Part shown: piece after piece, positions 1-9,558 of the stretch
Layout of the letters: every line of letters begins with the position of its first letter
Numbering within the stretch: position 1 is the first letter of the stretch
Source: an uncultured Candidatus Saccharibacteria bacterium
Lineage (GTDB): Bacteria; Patescibacteriota; Saccharimonadia; Saccharimonadales; JAGQNJ01
Length of the DNA stretch: 64,000 nucleotides
NCBI GenBank assembly: GCA_964426755.1
Contig: CAYRRR010000001.1
Location: forward strand, 58,946-122,945
Direction of reading: 5' to 3'
Notes under the pieces: generated by a model
What the model was told of the DNA's origin: nothing
The model's input: only the letters and a program-made list of their open reading frames with translations
Database searches by the model: none
Program-made: the position numbers and the translations under genes

Positions 1-216
1 ACCATAGCGCCAGCGCTTTCAACCAGCGTGAACGATATAACTTACAGTCTCTCAATTAGCGTTAATATCGGACCCATTACTCAACTAATAAATACTGATT
101 GATGATGTGCCCGTGGCGAGCACTGAATATTCAATTGGTCAGGATGATGGTAAAATTGCCTTGATCGGGAAACGCCTGGTTGAACCTCAACAAAAACCTT
201 TAGGGTAAGGAGAACA

Positions 217-462
217 ATGACACAGCAAACTGCATCTTCCAGCAATGTCTGGAGGTTTACGCTTAGCCTGGGTCTGGTGATGATCGTTGTTTCGGTGATC
301 GCCCTCATTGTCATGTACGTGACACGTGGCTCCAGCCACAGCAGTACCAGCGCACAAATCATGGATGTGCTATTTGTAGCCTATACCTTGATTGTTGGCG
401 CAGGTATGGCTGGAGCAAGTATGTTTGGCATGGCGCGGAGCAAGAGAGCTCTCAGCTCATAA
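217..462 (+). CDS. small membrane protein (81 aa, two hydrophobic helices), function unknown
   Basis: ORF with GGTAAGGAG Shine-Dalgarno a few nt upstream of the ATG. Two hydrophobic segments: LGLVMIVVSVIALIVMYV and VLFVAYTLIVGAGMAGASMF. Confidence 0.5.
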   Translation: MTQQTASSSNVWRFTLSLGLVMIVVSVIALIVMYVTRGSSHSSTSAQIMDVLFVAYTLIVGAGMAGASMFGMARSKRALSS

Positions 463-498
463 GCCCGGCAGACAGCAATTTGCATTGAGTCGAGCATA

Positions 499-527
499 TT
501 GACTATTAGTTGAAAAAGTGCTATAAT
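499..527 (+). promoter_or_regulatory. sigma70-type promoter (TTGACT, 17 nt spacer, TATAAT) upstream of ORF 595-807
   Basis: TTGACT at 499-504 and TATAAT at 522-527 with exactly 17 nt between them. Both hexamers are consensus or near consensus. Confidence 0.55.
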
Positions 528-594
528 GTAATATGATAGGCAAAGTATGTCTGTTGTACCTGTAACAAGGTAGCACCCCTGAAAAGGAGTCACC

Positions 595-807
595 ATGGCA
601 CGTCGTTTTCGCATTGTGGGAGGGCGAACGCCTCAGAGCCTCAATACGCAGATTGAAAAGCTTCAGGCAGACAATCCGCGCGACTTTCATGTCGGTGATG
701 TTGCGGTTACCTGGGAGCAGGCTGCGAAGCTGAGCCCCACTCAGTCGGAGCCACTGTTCGCCGTGACCTGTTCGTGGGAGGACGGCAATATCCCTTGGCA
801 GGAATAA
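595..807 (+). CDS. hypothetical soluble protein (70 aa)
   Basis: ORF preceded by a GAAAAGGAG SD. No family recognised. Confidence 0.5.
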   Translation: MARRFRIVGGRTPQSLNTQIEKLQADNPRDFHVGDVAVTWEQAAKLSPTQSEPLFAVTCSWEDGNIPWQE

Positions 808-849
808 CCAGTCGGTTATTCCATTACACCTTTATTAGGGGGTAAAACT

Positions 850-1113
850 ATGGTTAAACCTGAAAAGTCAAAGCGGCTTTCTTGGGGCTTAATGGTTAGC
901 GCTTTTCTTGGTGCTTTTGGGCTTGTCTCACTTTCTTTAGGGGTTATACTCCAGGTTGTAGTGCTGGTTATAAGAGTGCTGGATGTTCAGGCTCCAGGGG
1001 AGATGTCAGGACGCATGTATGGAATAGTTTTGACTTGTTCCGGTTTTGCTTTTCTAATAGCTTCTATGGTGACCTTTTGGTTGTTCTATCAGAAGAGAAG
1101 CAATAGCGAATAG
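850..1113 (+). CDS. small membrane protein (87 aa, two TM helices), function unknown
   Basis: ORF preceded by a TAGGGGGT SD-like sequence. Two long hydrophobic stretches. Confidence 0.5.
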   Translation: MVKPEKSKRLSWGLMVSAFLGAFGLVSLSLGVILQVVVLVIRVLDVQAPGEMSGRMYGIVLTCSGFAFLIASMVTFWLFYQKRSNSE

Positions 1114-1576
1114 CCACGTTTGACTCTACCCGGAGGTAAAAGTTATCGCGAGATAACGAGTGTTTGCTGTAAGCGAGGGCTTCACGTAAACGCGAGGGGA
1201 TGCTTTGGGTTTTACCCGACGCTAGAGAGCAAGGTCTTGGTGAACTCATAAACCAAGAATAAGGCTCAACGGAGGCGGTACGTCGTAGCTTTTGGCATTA
1301 GCCATCTTCAAAGCTCCGTACCACTCCCGATTACTGTCAACAAAGTTGTCGCTAGCTCCGCACCAGCTAGCTAATCCTTGCAAAGCCAGGATTTTGCTAA
1401 GCTTTTTAGTACCTAGCACAATTTTCTGTCAAAATACTCACTAAACGTATTTTATATACGGTTCATTCCGTTTTATGACAGAGAAATTGCAACTAGATAT
1501 CTAAATGCGAAACTAGCCGTATAGTTGTTCTGACGAGCTGTAACGGCAGCGAAACAGTGATACACTAAAAACACCC

Positions 1577-1750
1577 ATGACCCCACATATGAGCTCTGCA
1601 CTTAACCGACAGACGCAACTTCTCTGCAAGAAATTGCCTGAGGCGTACACAGGGTACAATAAAGGAATTTCGCAGCAGAAAATTGTGTATGGCATCAAGC
1701 GTTTTTACCAAAGCCGGACTTTGTTTGGTTTCAAGAAAGGCGCTGCATAG
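1577..1750 (+). CDS. possible small basic protein (57 aa) ending 3 nt before the sbcB start
   Basis: Uninterrupted ATG..TAG frame that I translated myself (MTPHMSSALNRQTQLL...KKGAA); it falls below the ORF-track length cutoff. No clear SD and no homology recognised. Confidence 0.2.
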   Translation: MTPHMSSALNRQTQLLCKKLPEAYTGYNKGISQQKIVYGIKRFYQSRTLFGFKKGAA

Positions 1751-1753
1751 CTC

Positions 1754-3184
1754 ATGCAGACATTCTTTTTCTATGATCTGGAGACCAGCGGTTTCAACCC
1801 GCGCGAGCAGCGCATTATGCAATTTGCCGGGCAGAGAACCGACCTTAACCTGAAAACTATCGGTAAATCGTACGATTGTATGTTGGCGCTTAATCCTGAT
1901 GTTTTACCTGACCCTGATGCGGTGATGGTAACCGGCATCACACCGCAGAAAACGCAAGAAGAAGGCATAACTGAAGCCGAATTTCTAACGCTTTTTCATA
2001 AAGAAATAGCCACGCCCGGTACCATTTTTGTGGGTTATAACACGATTCGGTTTGATGACGAATTTATGCGCTTTCTGCATTATCGCAATTTTTATGATCC
2101 GTACGAGTGGCACTGGCAGAACGGCAAAAGTCGATGGGACTTGTTAGATGTGGTGCGTATGACCCGTGCGCTAAGGCCTGAAGGCATTAAATGGCCGGTT
2201 GACAGTGATGGCCGACCAACCAATCGCCTAGAGTTGATTACCGGCTTAAACGGGCTTGACCATCAAAAGGCACACGACGCCCTGAATGATGTCTTGGCAA
2301 CTATTGCGGTCGCTAAGCTTATTAGGCAAAAGCAGCAAAAGCTGTTTGATTACCTGCTAACTATGCGAGATAAGAAAAAAGTTGAAGAACTCGTTTCGAG
2401 CAATCAGCCCTTTGTCTATGCAAGCGGCAAGTACTCATCAGAGACCGAAAAGACTACAGTAGTGGTACGAATTGCCGATAATCCAAAAAGTGGTGCGTTA
2501 GTATACGATTTGCGCCATGATCCCGAAGCATGGCTTGCGATGTCGCCAGAAAAACTGGCCGATGCTTGGAGGTGGAAGAAGGACAGTACCGAACCTCGGT
2601 TACCTATAAAAACGCTGCAATACAATCGTTGTCCAGCCGTTGCGCCCGTAGGAGTCTTAGATGATGATAGCAAGGCGCGACTCAAGATTGATATTGATAC
2701 CATAGACAAGAATCGCAAAAAAGTATTGGCCGCTTCGCAATTTACCCAAAATGTCTTGAAAGCGCTTGATATATTGAATCGACGGCAGCAAATGGCATTG
2801 TTAACTGACGAGCAGCTGGTAGATACGCAGCTATACGACGCGTTTTTTGATAACAGCGACAAGCCGCTTATGAAGACAGTCCGTGAAGCGGATGCGAAGG
2901 TGCTTGATGGCTTGAAGGTGCAGTTTAAAGATAAACGTTTGAATGGAATGCTGCCACTGTATAAAGCTCGTAATTTTCCATCCACCCTATCTGAGGAAGA
3001 GCGTGAAAAATGGCAACAATACTGTCATGCTCGCTTACTTGACGGTGGCGATAAAAGCCGGGCGTTTCGTTACTTTAAGCGTTTGGGTGAGTTAGCTGAA
3101 AACAGGCAACTTACTCAAAATCAACGATATTTACTAGAAGAGCTGCAGCTATACGGCCAAAGTATTTTGCCGGAACAATCCTAA
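1754..3184 (+). CDS. sbcB: exodeoxyribonuclease I (DEDDh 3'-5' exonuclease plus SbcB C-terminal domain)
   Basis: 476 aa. N-terminus FFFYDLETSGFNP carries the Exo I motif with D and E. HDALNDV is the Exo III motif. Length and layout are typical of ExoI. Confidence 0.88.
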   Translation: MQTFFFYDLETSGFNPREQRIMQFAGQRTDLNLKTIGKSYDCMLALNPDVLPDPDAVMVTGITPQKTQEEGITEAEFLTLFHKEIATPGTIFVGYNTIRFDDEFMRFLHYRNFYDPYEWHWQNGKSRWDLLDVVRMTRALRPEGIKWPVDSDGRPTNRLELITGLNGLDHQKAHDALNDVLATIAVAKLIRQKQQKLFDYLLTMRDKKKVEELVSSNQPFVYASGKYSSETEKTTVVVRIADNPKSGALVYDLRHDPEAWLAMSPEKLADAWRWKKDSTEPRLPIKTLQYNRCPAVAPVGVLDDDSKARLKIDIDTIDKNRKKVLAASQFTQNVLKALDILNRRQQMALLTDEQLVDTQLYDAFFDNSDKPLMKTVREADAKVLDGLKVQFKDKRLNGMLPLYKARNFPSTLSEEEREKWQQYCHARLLDGGDKSRAFRYFKRLGELAENRQLTQNQRYLLEELQLYGQSILPEQS

Positions 3185-3309
3185 GCGGTGGTGTGGCGTA
3201 TTTTGTGAAGAAAATACCACAAAGCAGCTAATGCTCCGAATAAGAACCACGCAAATGTAATTTGAATTTGAGTGCCAGGAATCTGGCCCAAAACAATGAA
3301 CTCTAGCAT
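3181..3309 (-). CDS. possible 42-aa single-TM micropeptide
   Basis: My own translation is MLEFIVLGQIPGTQIQITFAWFLFGALAALWYFLHKIRHTTA. A strong AAAGAGGAG SD lies 7 nt upstream of the ATG. It is below the ORF-track cutoff and converges on, and overlaps, the sbcB stop. Confidence 0.3.
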   Translation of the reverse strand: MLEFIVLGQIPGTQIQITFAWFLFGALAALWYFLHKIRHTTA

Positions 3310-3377
3310 AAAACCGCTCCTCTTTAATGAGTAATTTAATGCTAAATTGCTAATATGTCAATAATATTGTAAAGAGC

Positions 3378-3842
3378 TTATGTTTTGTTTGCGCGGCGAG
3401 TAATTCGTCTAACCAGAGCGTTAATTTTGGTTATCCGTTGACGGTTGCCAATCAGTAGCCCAAAACCAAAAAAAGCAATGATGCTGGCGAAGCCACGACC
3501 AAGGTTACCGTCAGCCGCACCAAGCGTTAAACCAGCAGTAACGAGTAATGCGATGGCCGCAATATCATATACGAGTACCAAAATGGGATGATCGCGAAAG
3601 ATAGTTTTTACAAATGAACTGCCGGTATCTTTCACGCGTAAGAGCAATCGTTTTGCCCATTCATGATTTGTCGCCAATAGTCCGAGGCCGGCAAGAAATA
3701 ATGGAATGCCGCCCACTCCCGGTAACCATCCAAATAATATTGAGGCGATAATAAGTAGTACACCAAGAATATCTACTGCAATTTTCTTTGGTAGCGGCAC
3801 TTCTTTTTTGAGTGTCTTATTAACAGTATCTCGCTTAGACAT
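3378..3842 (-). CDS. membrane protein, PGPGW-like (putative transmembrane protein family)
   Basis: 154 aa with four hydrophobic helices. The segment WLPGVGGIPLFLAGLGLLATNHEWAKRLL resembles the PGPGW motif region also present in ORF 53265-53528. Confidence 0.55.
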   Translation of the reverse strand: MSKRDTVNKTLKKEVPLPKKIAVDILGVLLIIASILFGWLPGVGGIPLFLAGLGLLATNHEWAKRLLLRVKDTGSSFVKTIFRDHPILVLVYDIAAIALLVTAGLTLGAADGNLGRGFASIIAFFGFGLLIGNRQRITKINALVRRITRRANKT

Positions 3843-3915
3843 GTAGTTAGTGTAGCAAACCCATGCCGAGTATGTAATTTATCGGTAGCGAAGCGGTTGC
3901 GATATAATAAAGATA

Positions 3916-4530
3916 ATGGCCGAAAACTTAGAAAGTTTTAAGAATATCGACCCGCAAGGCGTCGGCGTAGCTTTATCTATTAATGGGCACACAAGGGCGA
4001 TGGACAAGTTTTTTGGAAAGCTGCCCCCTAGCTACGGTGTGCCGATGCCACCAGACTCGCTGCACGTGACAATCTTGTCAGCCGAAGAAACCGTCATTCC
4101 GATCGAGAGCGAGCGTGAGCTGCTACTGCTTCGTAATGCGGAGCGAGAGATTCATCGCCGTTTGGCTCGGTTGCCACTCCAGGCAATGGTGATGCGGCCG
4201 GCCGGTGAAGAGCTTGAGAAGTTTGGCAGATTTCTCGCCATACCCGTACATTCTTTGCCCTATATGGAGTCATTACGGCAAGATCTTATAGAGGTATGCG
4301 AAGAGGAGATAGGAGTTACGGTTAATCAAGAAATTAACTGGCATATGTCAGTTGTGCGGCAGAACAGAAATCGGGTCAGGGCTCGTAATAATACACCGCC
4401 GTTTCCGGGTGCACTGCACGTTAATGGCTTCGATCTTCAGCGGCGTGTTTATGGTAGTGATCGTCAAGGCAAGCCTAAGCAAGCTTATATCAATCACCCG
4501 CAGCAATCTCATTTACGACGTGCGATCTAG
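3916..4530 (+). CDS. putative 2H phosphoesterase superfamily protein (LigT-like)
   Basis: Two H-x-T/S-x motifs in hydrophobic context: LHVTIL (His50) and WHMSVV (His143). The ~93 aa spacing is typical of the 2H fold. Confidence 0.45.
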   Translation: MAENLESFKNIDPQGVGVALSINGHTRAMDKFFGKLPPSYGVPMPPDSLHVTILSAEETVIPIESERELLLLRNAEREIHRRLARLPLQAMVMRPAGEELEKFGRFLAIPVHSLPYMESLRQDLIEVCEEEIGVTVNQEINWHMSVVRQNRNRVRARNNTPPFPGALHVNGFDLQRRVYGSDRQGKPKQAYINHPQQSHLRRAI

Positions 4531-4567
4531 AAAAAATCTTGAATTCCGCGTATAATAGTCTGATTAT

Positions 4568-7378
4568 ATGAAAGATGTCATCGCGGTTAAGGGAGCGCGT
4601 GAGCACAATCTTAAAGATATATCTTTAGAGATTCCTCGCGACAAGCTAGTGGTCATAACGGGCTTAAGTGGCTCTGGTAAATCGTCATTAGCGTTTGATA
4701 CTATTTACGCTGAAGGCCAACGTCGCTATGTTGAAAGTCTTTCAAGCTACGCGCGGCAGTTTTTGGGTTTAATGGAGAAACCGGATGTTGATCAAATTGA
4801 CGGTCTTTCGCCGGCAATCAGTATTGATCAAAAATCAACCAGCCGTAACCCGCGTTCAACGGTTGCTACTGTGACCGAAATTTATGATTATTTGCGGCTT
4901 TTATTTGCGCGCGTAGGTACACCGCACTGTCCAGTTTGCGGTAAACCGGTAACGCGTCAAACAACCCAGGCAATTGTGGACACTATTATTCGTAACAACA
5001 AAGACGCAAGACTTATTATTCTTGCTCCGGTTGTGATAGACAAAAAGGGTGCTTTTGAGCATGTTCCCGAACAGTACCAGCGTGCCGGCTTTGCTCGCGT
5101 CCGTGTCGACGGTGTAATCTATGCATTAGACGAATTTCCTGAGCTCGATAAAGCTAAAAAACACACAATCGAAATCGTGGCCGATCGTCTTACAAATAAT
5201 AAAGATAATGAAGGACGACTAAGCCAGTCGGTTGAACAGGCGCTGGATATTGCGGACGGTAAGGTTGCGGTTTTAAATGCTGATTCAAACGAAGAGTCTA
5301 TCCATACGCTTATGTACGCGTGTGTTGATCATCCCGATGTGTTGATTCCGGAGCTTGAGCCACGCACGTTTAGTTTTAATAGTCCGCACGGAGCATGCCC
5401 GGTTTGTACGGGACTTGGCTCTCGTTTAGAAGTTGACCCTGATTTAGTGATTCCAAACGGACGCCTAACACTTGCCGAAGGAGCTATCAGACCATTTAAC
5501 CGCGTTAATACCGATGCTTGGTACATGAAGAAGCTGCAAGCGGTTGGCGATGCCTATGGTTTTAGTATTCATGAGCAAACCAGCGAAATTTCCGAGGCCA
5601 ATATGGAGCGAATTTTGTACGGAACCGGCAGTCAAACGTATCGAATATCACTGGGGATTGGACGTTCATACCAGACTACCTATGAAGGTGTTATTCCTAA
5701 TCTTGAGCGCCGTCACAAAGAAACCGAGAGTGATTTTATTCGTCGTGACATTGAACGGTTCATGCAGGAACGGCCATGCCATGCCTGTCACGGTAAACGT
5801 TTAAAACCTGAAGTGCTGGCGGTAAAAGTTGATGGCAAATCGATTATGGATATATGTGAATTGTCGATTGATGATGCCGCCAGCTATTTCAATAACTTGA
5901 CCCTTAGCACCACCGAGCTTCATATTGCTGAACAAATTTTAAAAGAAATCTGTGCTCGCTTATCATTTTTACAAGACGTTGGATTAAATTATTTGTCGCT
6001 TCTTAGAAGCGCAACTACGCTGAGCGGCGGCGAGGCGCAGCGTATTCGGCTGGCTACACAGATTGGTTCTGGCTTAATGGGTGTACTATACGTGCTTGAC
6101 GAGCCATCTATTGGTCTGCATCAACGAGATAATGATCGGCTCATTAGAACCCTGAAACACTTACGTGACCTTGGTAATACTGTCATTGTAGTTGAGCACG
6201 ATGAAGATACGATTCGTACTGCTGATTATTTGGTAGACATTGGTCCAGGAGCTGGTATTCATGGCGGGCGAATAGTTGCTCATGGTACACCAGGGCAAGT
6301 GTCTAAAAACAGCAAGAGTATTACCGGTCAGTATCTGCAAGGTAGTAAGCAAATTGCCGTGCCAAAAAGACGACGCGAGGGCAATGGTAAGTTTTTAAGT
6401 GTAAAAGGCGCACGCGAGAACAACCTAAAAAGCATAGATGTTGATATACCGCTCGGTAAGTTAGTGGTTGTAAGCGGAGTGTCTGGTTCTGGTAAATCTA
6501 CTCTCATTAATGACATTTTAGCTAAAGAGCTGTCTGCGCGATTGCACCGAGCTAATGCGGTGCCGGGCAAGCACGATGATATTGAAGGCATTAAGCAGCT
6601 TGATAAAGCCATCATTATAGACCAGTCACCAATTGGTCGAACGCCAAGGTCAAATCCGGCAACTTATACTGGTGTCTTTACACCGATACGAGAACTGTTC
6701 GCAAGCGTACCTGAAGCCAAACTGCGAGGGTATAGCCCCGGGCGTTTTAGCTTTAACGTTAAGGGCGGACGTTGCGAAAACTGTGCTGGCGACGGCATCA
6801 TTAAGATAGAAATGCACTTTTTGCCTGATGTTTATGTGCCATGCGAAGTTTGCAAGGGTAAACGCTATAACCGTGAGGCTCTTGAGATCCATTACAAGGG
6901 TAAGACCATCAGTGATGTACTTGAAATGACCTGCGAAACTGCGCTGGAGTTTTTTGAAAATATTCCAAGCATTGCCCGCAAGCTGCAAACCTTAGTTGAT
7001 GTTGGTCTCGGCTACATAACTTTAGGTCAGCCGGCTACAACCTTGAGTGGTGGCGAGGCACAGCGTATCAAATTAGCCAGTGAGTTATCACGTCGCCCAA
7101 CTGGACGCACCTTGTACATTCTTGATGAGCCGACAACCGGTCTGCATATGGCTGACGTTGATAAGCTGCTCAACGTGTTGCACGCTCTCGTTGATGCTGG
7201 CAATAGTATGATTGTGATTGAGCACAACCTAGATGTTATAAAATCAGCCGATCACATTATCGATATGGGGCCCGATGGCGGACAGAACGGCGGCATGATT
7301 ATTGCTGAAGGTACGCCAGAAATTGTATCAAAAGCTACTAACTCTTACACCGGTCAGTTCTTGAAGCGTTTATTGTAG
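4568..7378 (+). CDS. uvrA: excinuclease ABC subunit A
   Basis: 936 aa. Two ABC modules with Walker A motifs GLSGSGKSS and GVSGSGKST. Signature LSGGEAQR appears twice. Zinc-finger cysteines CPVCG, CPVCTG and CENCAGDG. The N-terminus matches the UvrA consensus. Confidence 0.97.
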   Translation: MKDVIAVKGAREHNLKDISLEIPRDKLVVITGLSGSGKSSLAFDTIYAEGQRRYVESLSSYARQFLGLMEKPDVDQIDGLSPAISIDQKSTSRNPRSTVATVTEIYDYLRLLFARVGTPHCPVCGKPVTRQTTQAIVDTIIRNNKDARLIILAPVVIDKKGAFEHVPEQYQRAGFARVRVDGVIYALDEFPELDKAKKHTIEIVADRLTNNKDNEGRLSQSVEQALDIADGKVAVLNADSNEESIHTLMYACVDHPDVLIPELEPRTFSFNSPHGACPVCTGLGSRLEVDPDLVIPNGRLTLAEGAIRPFNRVNTDAWYMKKLQAVGDAYGFSIHEQTSEISEANMERILYGTGSQTYRISLGIGRSYQTTYEGVIPNLERRHKETESDFIRRDIERFMQERPCHACHGKRLKPEVLAVKVDGKSIMDICELSIDDAASYFNNLTLSTTELHIAEQILKEICARLSFLQDVGLNYLSLLRSATTLSGGEAQRIRLATQIGSGLMGVLYVLDEPSIGLHQRDNDRLIRTLKHLRDLGNTVIVVEHDEDTIRTADYLVDIGPGAGIHGGRIVAHGTPGQVSKNSKSITGQYLQGSKQIAVPKRRREGNGKFLSVKGARENNLKSIDVDIPLGKLVVVSGVSGSGKSTLINDILAKELSARLHRANAVPGKHDDIEGIKQLDKAIIIDQSPIGRTPRSNPATYTGVFTPIRELFASVPEAKLRGYSPGRFSFNVKGGRCENCAGDGIIKIEMHFLPDVYVPCEVCKGKRYNREALEIHYKGKTISDVLEMTCETALEFFENIPSIARKLQTLVDVGLGYITLGQPATTLSGGEAQRIKLASELSRRPTGRTLYILDEPTTGLHMADVDKLLNVLHALVDAGNSMIVIEHNLDVIKSADHIIDMGPDGGQNGGMIIAEGTPEIVSKATNSYTGQFLKRLL

Positions 7379-7387
7379 TATCTGCTT

Positions 7388-8092
7388 TTGTTTAGCTCGG
7401 CTACAGATGGTACTATGACGAATATGACTGATTTTGTTATTAACCCTTCTTGTTCAATGGAGTTACAACCGTATACTAAAGAAGGTTTTTTTAATGAGGT
7501 AGCGTTTGATGCTGAGTCCTGCAAGGAGTTGTTAAGGTCATTTGGTGTTGAACATAGTGATGTCCCGATTGATGTACAGCTAACGGTCGCAGACGGAAGG
7601 GTAGCGGGACACACAATCGGCACTTTTACAGGTACTGATGTTACCCATATTGAAGTTGCCATAGGCATAATTAATAATCCTAATGCTAGGTTTCGTAGCA
7701 AGGGGCGTGCAGCGAGGGTATTGTCCGATTGTCACACGACGGCAGTACATGAATTTTCTCACGTGGCTGATATGCTGAACACTCCCAGGTATCTCCAGGA
7801 ACGTGCTCGGCATGCCCGGGCTCGTTATGGGGCTTTGAGCGGTGGAGTGCTGTTAGGTATAGGATCCGTACTAACTTCAGCCGTAAAAGAGTCGAGGAAT
7901 AATTACCAAGATGAGCGAAACAAAAGATTACTTAAGAATATCGGGCTAAAAGGTGCAATTGGAGCGCTGGCGACGGCTCTTTCGATCGGCATCATTCATA
8001 GAAAAAGTTATACCGAATCACCAACTGAAAAACGCGCATACCAAAGAGAGGGCCAAAGTCATCAATATCCAACAATTGTAGAGGTGCTTTAG
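7388..8092 (+). CDS. hypothetical protein with HExxH motif and C-terminal TM helices (putative membrane-anchored metallopeptidase)
   Basis: HEFSH motif in TTAVHEFSHVADM. Hydrophobic segments GALSGGVLLGIGSVLTSAV and GAIGALATALSIGII. The start is uncertain: TTG at 7388 or in-frame ATG at 7415. Confidence 0.45.
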   Translation: MFSSATDGTMTNMTDFVINPSCSMELQPYTKEGFFNEVAFDAESCKELLRSFGVEHSDVPIDVQLTVADGRVAGHTIGTFTGTDVTHIEVAIGIINNPNARFRSKGRAARVLSDCHTTAVHEFSHVADMLNTPRYLQERARHARARYGALSGGVLLGIGSVLTSAVKESRNNYQDERNKRLLKNIGLKGAIGALATALSIGIIHRKSYTESPTEKRAYQREGQSHQYPTIVEVL

Positions 8093-8748
8093 TCGATTTT
8101 TTTATTTAAAAAGATATTACGCAAGCCTAATTTAAAGCGTTCAGCGATTTTTTGGCGGGTACTTTTTTCTTTCAAAAGGTGATGAAGTGCCGGGCCAAAC
8201 GTTAATAGGGTAACGAGTAAAAAGACCGGGATAACAAACAGCTCGATAATGTGCGGATCAATTATGGCGCCGGCAAAATAACCTAAAAGTGTAACACCTA
8301 CGCCCCAGATCAGTGCGCCCATCACATTATAGAGCATAAAACGCTGACGAGGCATCTTGCCTATGCCCGCAACCATTGGCGCAAAGGTGCGTACAACTGG
8401 TACAAAACGTGCCAAGATAATGGTTTTGCCGCCGTGGTCGTTATAAAACTTCTCTGCCCGTTCAATGTGCTTTTTTTGAAAAAAGATACCATCTTCTTTT
8501 CTAAAAATGCGCGGACCGGTACGGCGGCCAATGCTATAACCAACATTATCGCCAATGATTGCGGCCGCTACAATAACGGTAATTAGCCAGTAAATATTAA
8601 GATGTCCTTGCGCTGCGAAGAAGCCTGAAATAAACAACAATGTATCGCCCGGTAGAAAAAAGCCAATCAGCAAACCTGATTCAGCAAAAACAATTGCGCC
8701 AACCCCTAAAATGCCAAATGTTTGTAAAATCTTTTCTATATTGAACAC
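8089..8748 (-). CDS. DedA family membrane protein
   Basis: 219 aa. FAESGLLIGFFLPGDTLL and ARFVPVVRTFAP are typical DedA (SNARE-associated) signatures. Confidence 0.85.
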   Translation of the reverse strand: MFNIEKILQTFGILGVGAIVFAESGLLIGFFLPGDTLLFISGFFAAQGHLNIYWLITVIVAAAIIGDNVGYSIGRRTGPRIFRKEDGIFFQKKHIERAEKFYNDHGGKTIILARFVPVVRTFAPMVAGIGKMPRQRFMLYNVMGALIWGVGVTLLGYFAGAIIDPHIIELFVIPVFLLVTLLTFGPALHHLLKEKSTRQKIAERFKLGLRNIFLNKKID

Positions 8749-8825
8749 TGCTGTGTATTATATCAAACATTAAGACCATATTTTTGCTATAATAGTAAGA
8801 CATAAGCTGACACGGAGGAAGAATA

Positions 8826-9479
8826 ATGGCAACTGGTGATATTACATTAGCGCTTGAAAAAAGAGAAGTTACAGGTAAGCAAGTTCGTGCACTGCGGAGA
8901 AGCGGCATTACCCCAGCGGTTATACATAATCATGGTAAAGAATCGATTATTGTTAACGCGCCAAGCATTGAGATTACTAAAGTTTATCAAGCAGCTGGTA
9001 AGCACAGTCCGGTCGACTTGACTGTCGGCTCAGAAAAGTACCTTGCCATTATTAAAGAGGTAGATCTTGATCCGCGCAAAAATACGCTTAGGCATGTAGT
9101 ATTTAACGCGGTTCGTCAAAATGAGAAAGTACAAACCGAGGTACCGATTCGTCTTGAAGGTGACAGTGCTGCTGAAAAAGCCGGCCTTATGTTGTTGCCG
9201 CAGCTAGAGCAGGTTGAAGTTGAGGCAGTACCGCGCTCATTGCCTGACGAGCTTATAATTAGCATTGATCAGTTGACAGAAATAGGCGACAAACTGACAG
9301 TTGGCGATTTAACTGCACCAGACGGCGTAACAATTTTAACCGATGCTGAACATCCTATCGTGTCAGTTATTGAAACACCAGCACAACAGTCTGAAGAGGC
9401 AGAAGCTGAAGAACAGGCTGAAGAGGGCGAGGCCGGCGAAAAGGGCGCCGCTGAATCAACCGAAGCTGACGCCTCATAA
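8826..9479 (+). CDS. rplY: 50S ribosomal protein L25/general stress protein Ctc, with acidic C-terminal tail
   Basis: N-terminus resembles L25/Ctc (REVTGKQVRALRRSGITPAVIHNHGKE). The C-terminus is E/A-rich. A TGcTATAAT promoter-like box and a GGAGGAAG SD lie upstream. Confidence 0.88.
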   Translation: MATGDITLALEKREVTGKQVRALRRSGITPAVIHNHGKESIIVNAPSIEITKVYQAAGKHSPVDLTVGSEKYLAIIKEVDLDPRKNTLRHVVFNAVRQNEKVQTEVPIRLEGDSAAEKAGLMLLPQLEQVEVEAVPRSLPDELIISIDQLTEIGDKLTVGDLTAPDGVTILTDAEHPIVSVIETPAQQSEEAEAEEQAEEGEAGEKGAAESTEADAS

Positions 9480-9558
9480 ACAGTACGGTTAGTTGCTTTA
9501 ATAACTATACTGCAATTAATACTTAACGTGTTAACTATTAACATGTTAAGTATCATAG

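Noticed and set aside
1100-1400. Calling this region rnpB (RNase P RNA) as a feature
   Set aside because: Several S-domain-like strings are present, but the universal GGAAAGUCC/P4 element was not found and the 5' third would overlap a plausible protein ORF. I kept it as a finding and did not annotate it as a feature.
2416-2985. 189-aa minus-strand ORF inside sbcB, and similar antisense ORFs inside uvrA, leuS, ligA, the FAD oxidases and the surface protein (e.g. 33841-34536)
   Set aside because: They are fully embedded antisense in well-supported genes, have low-complexity Ser/Ala/Pro-rich translations, and lack SD sequences. These are typical shadow ORFs.
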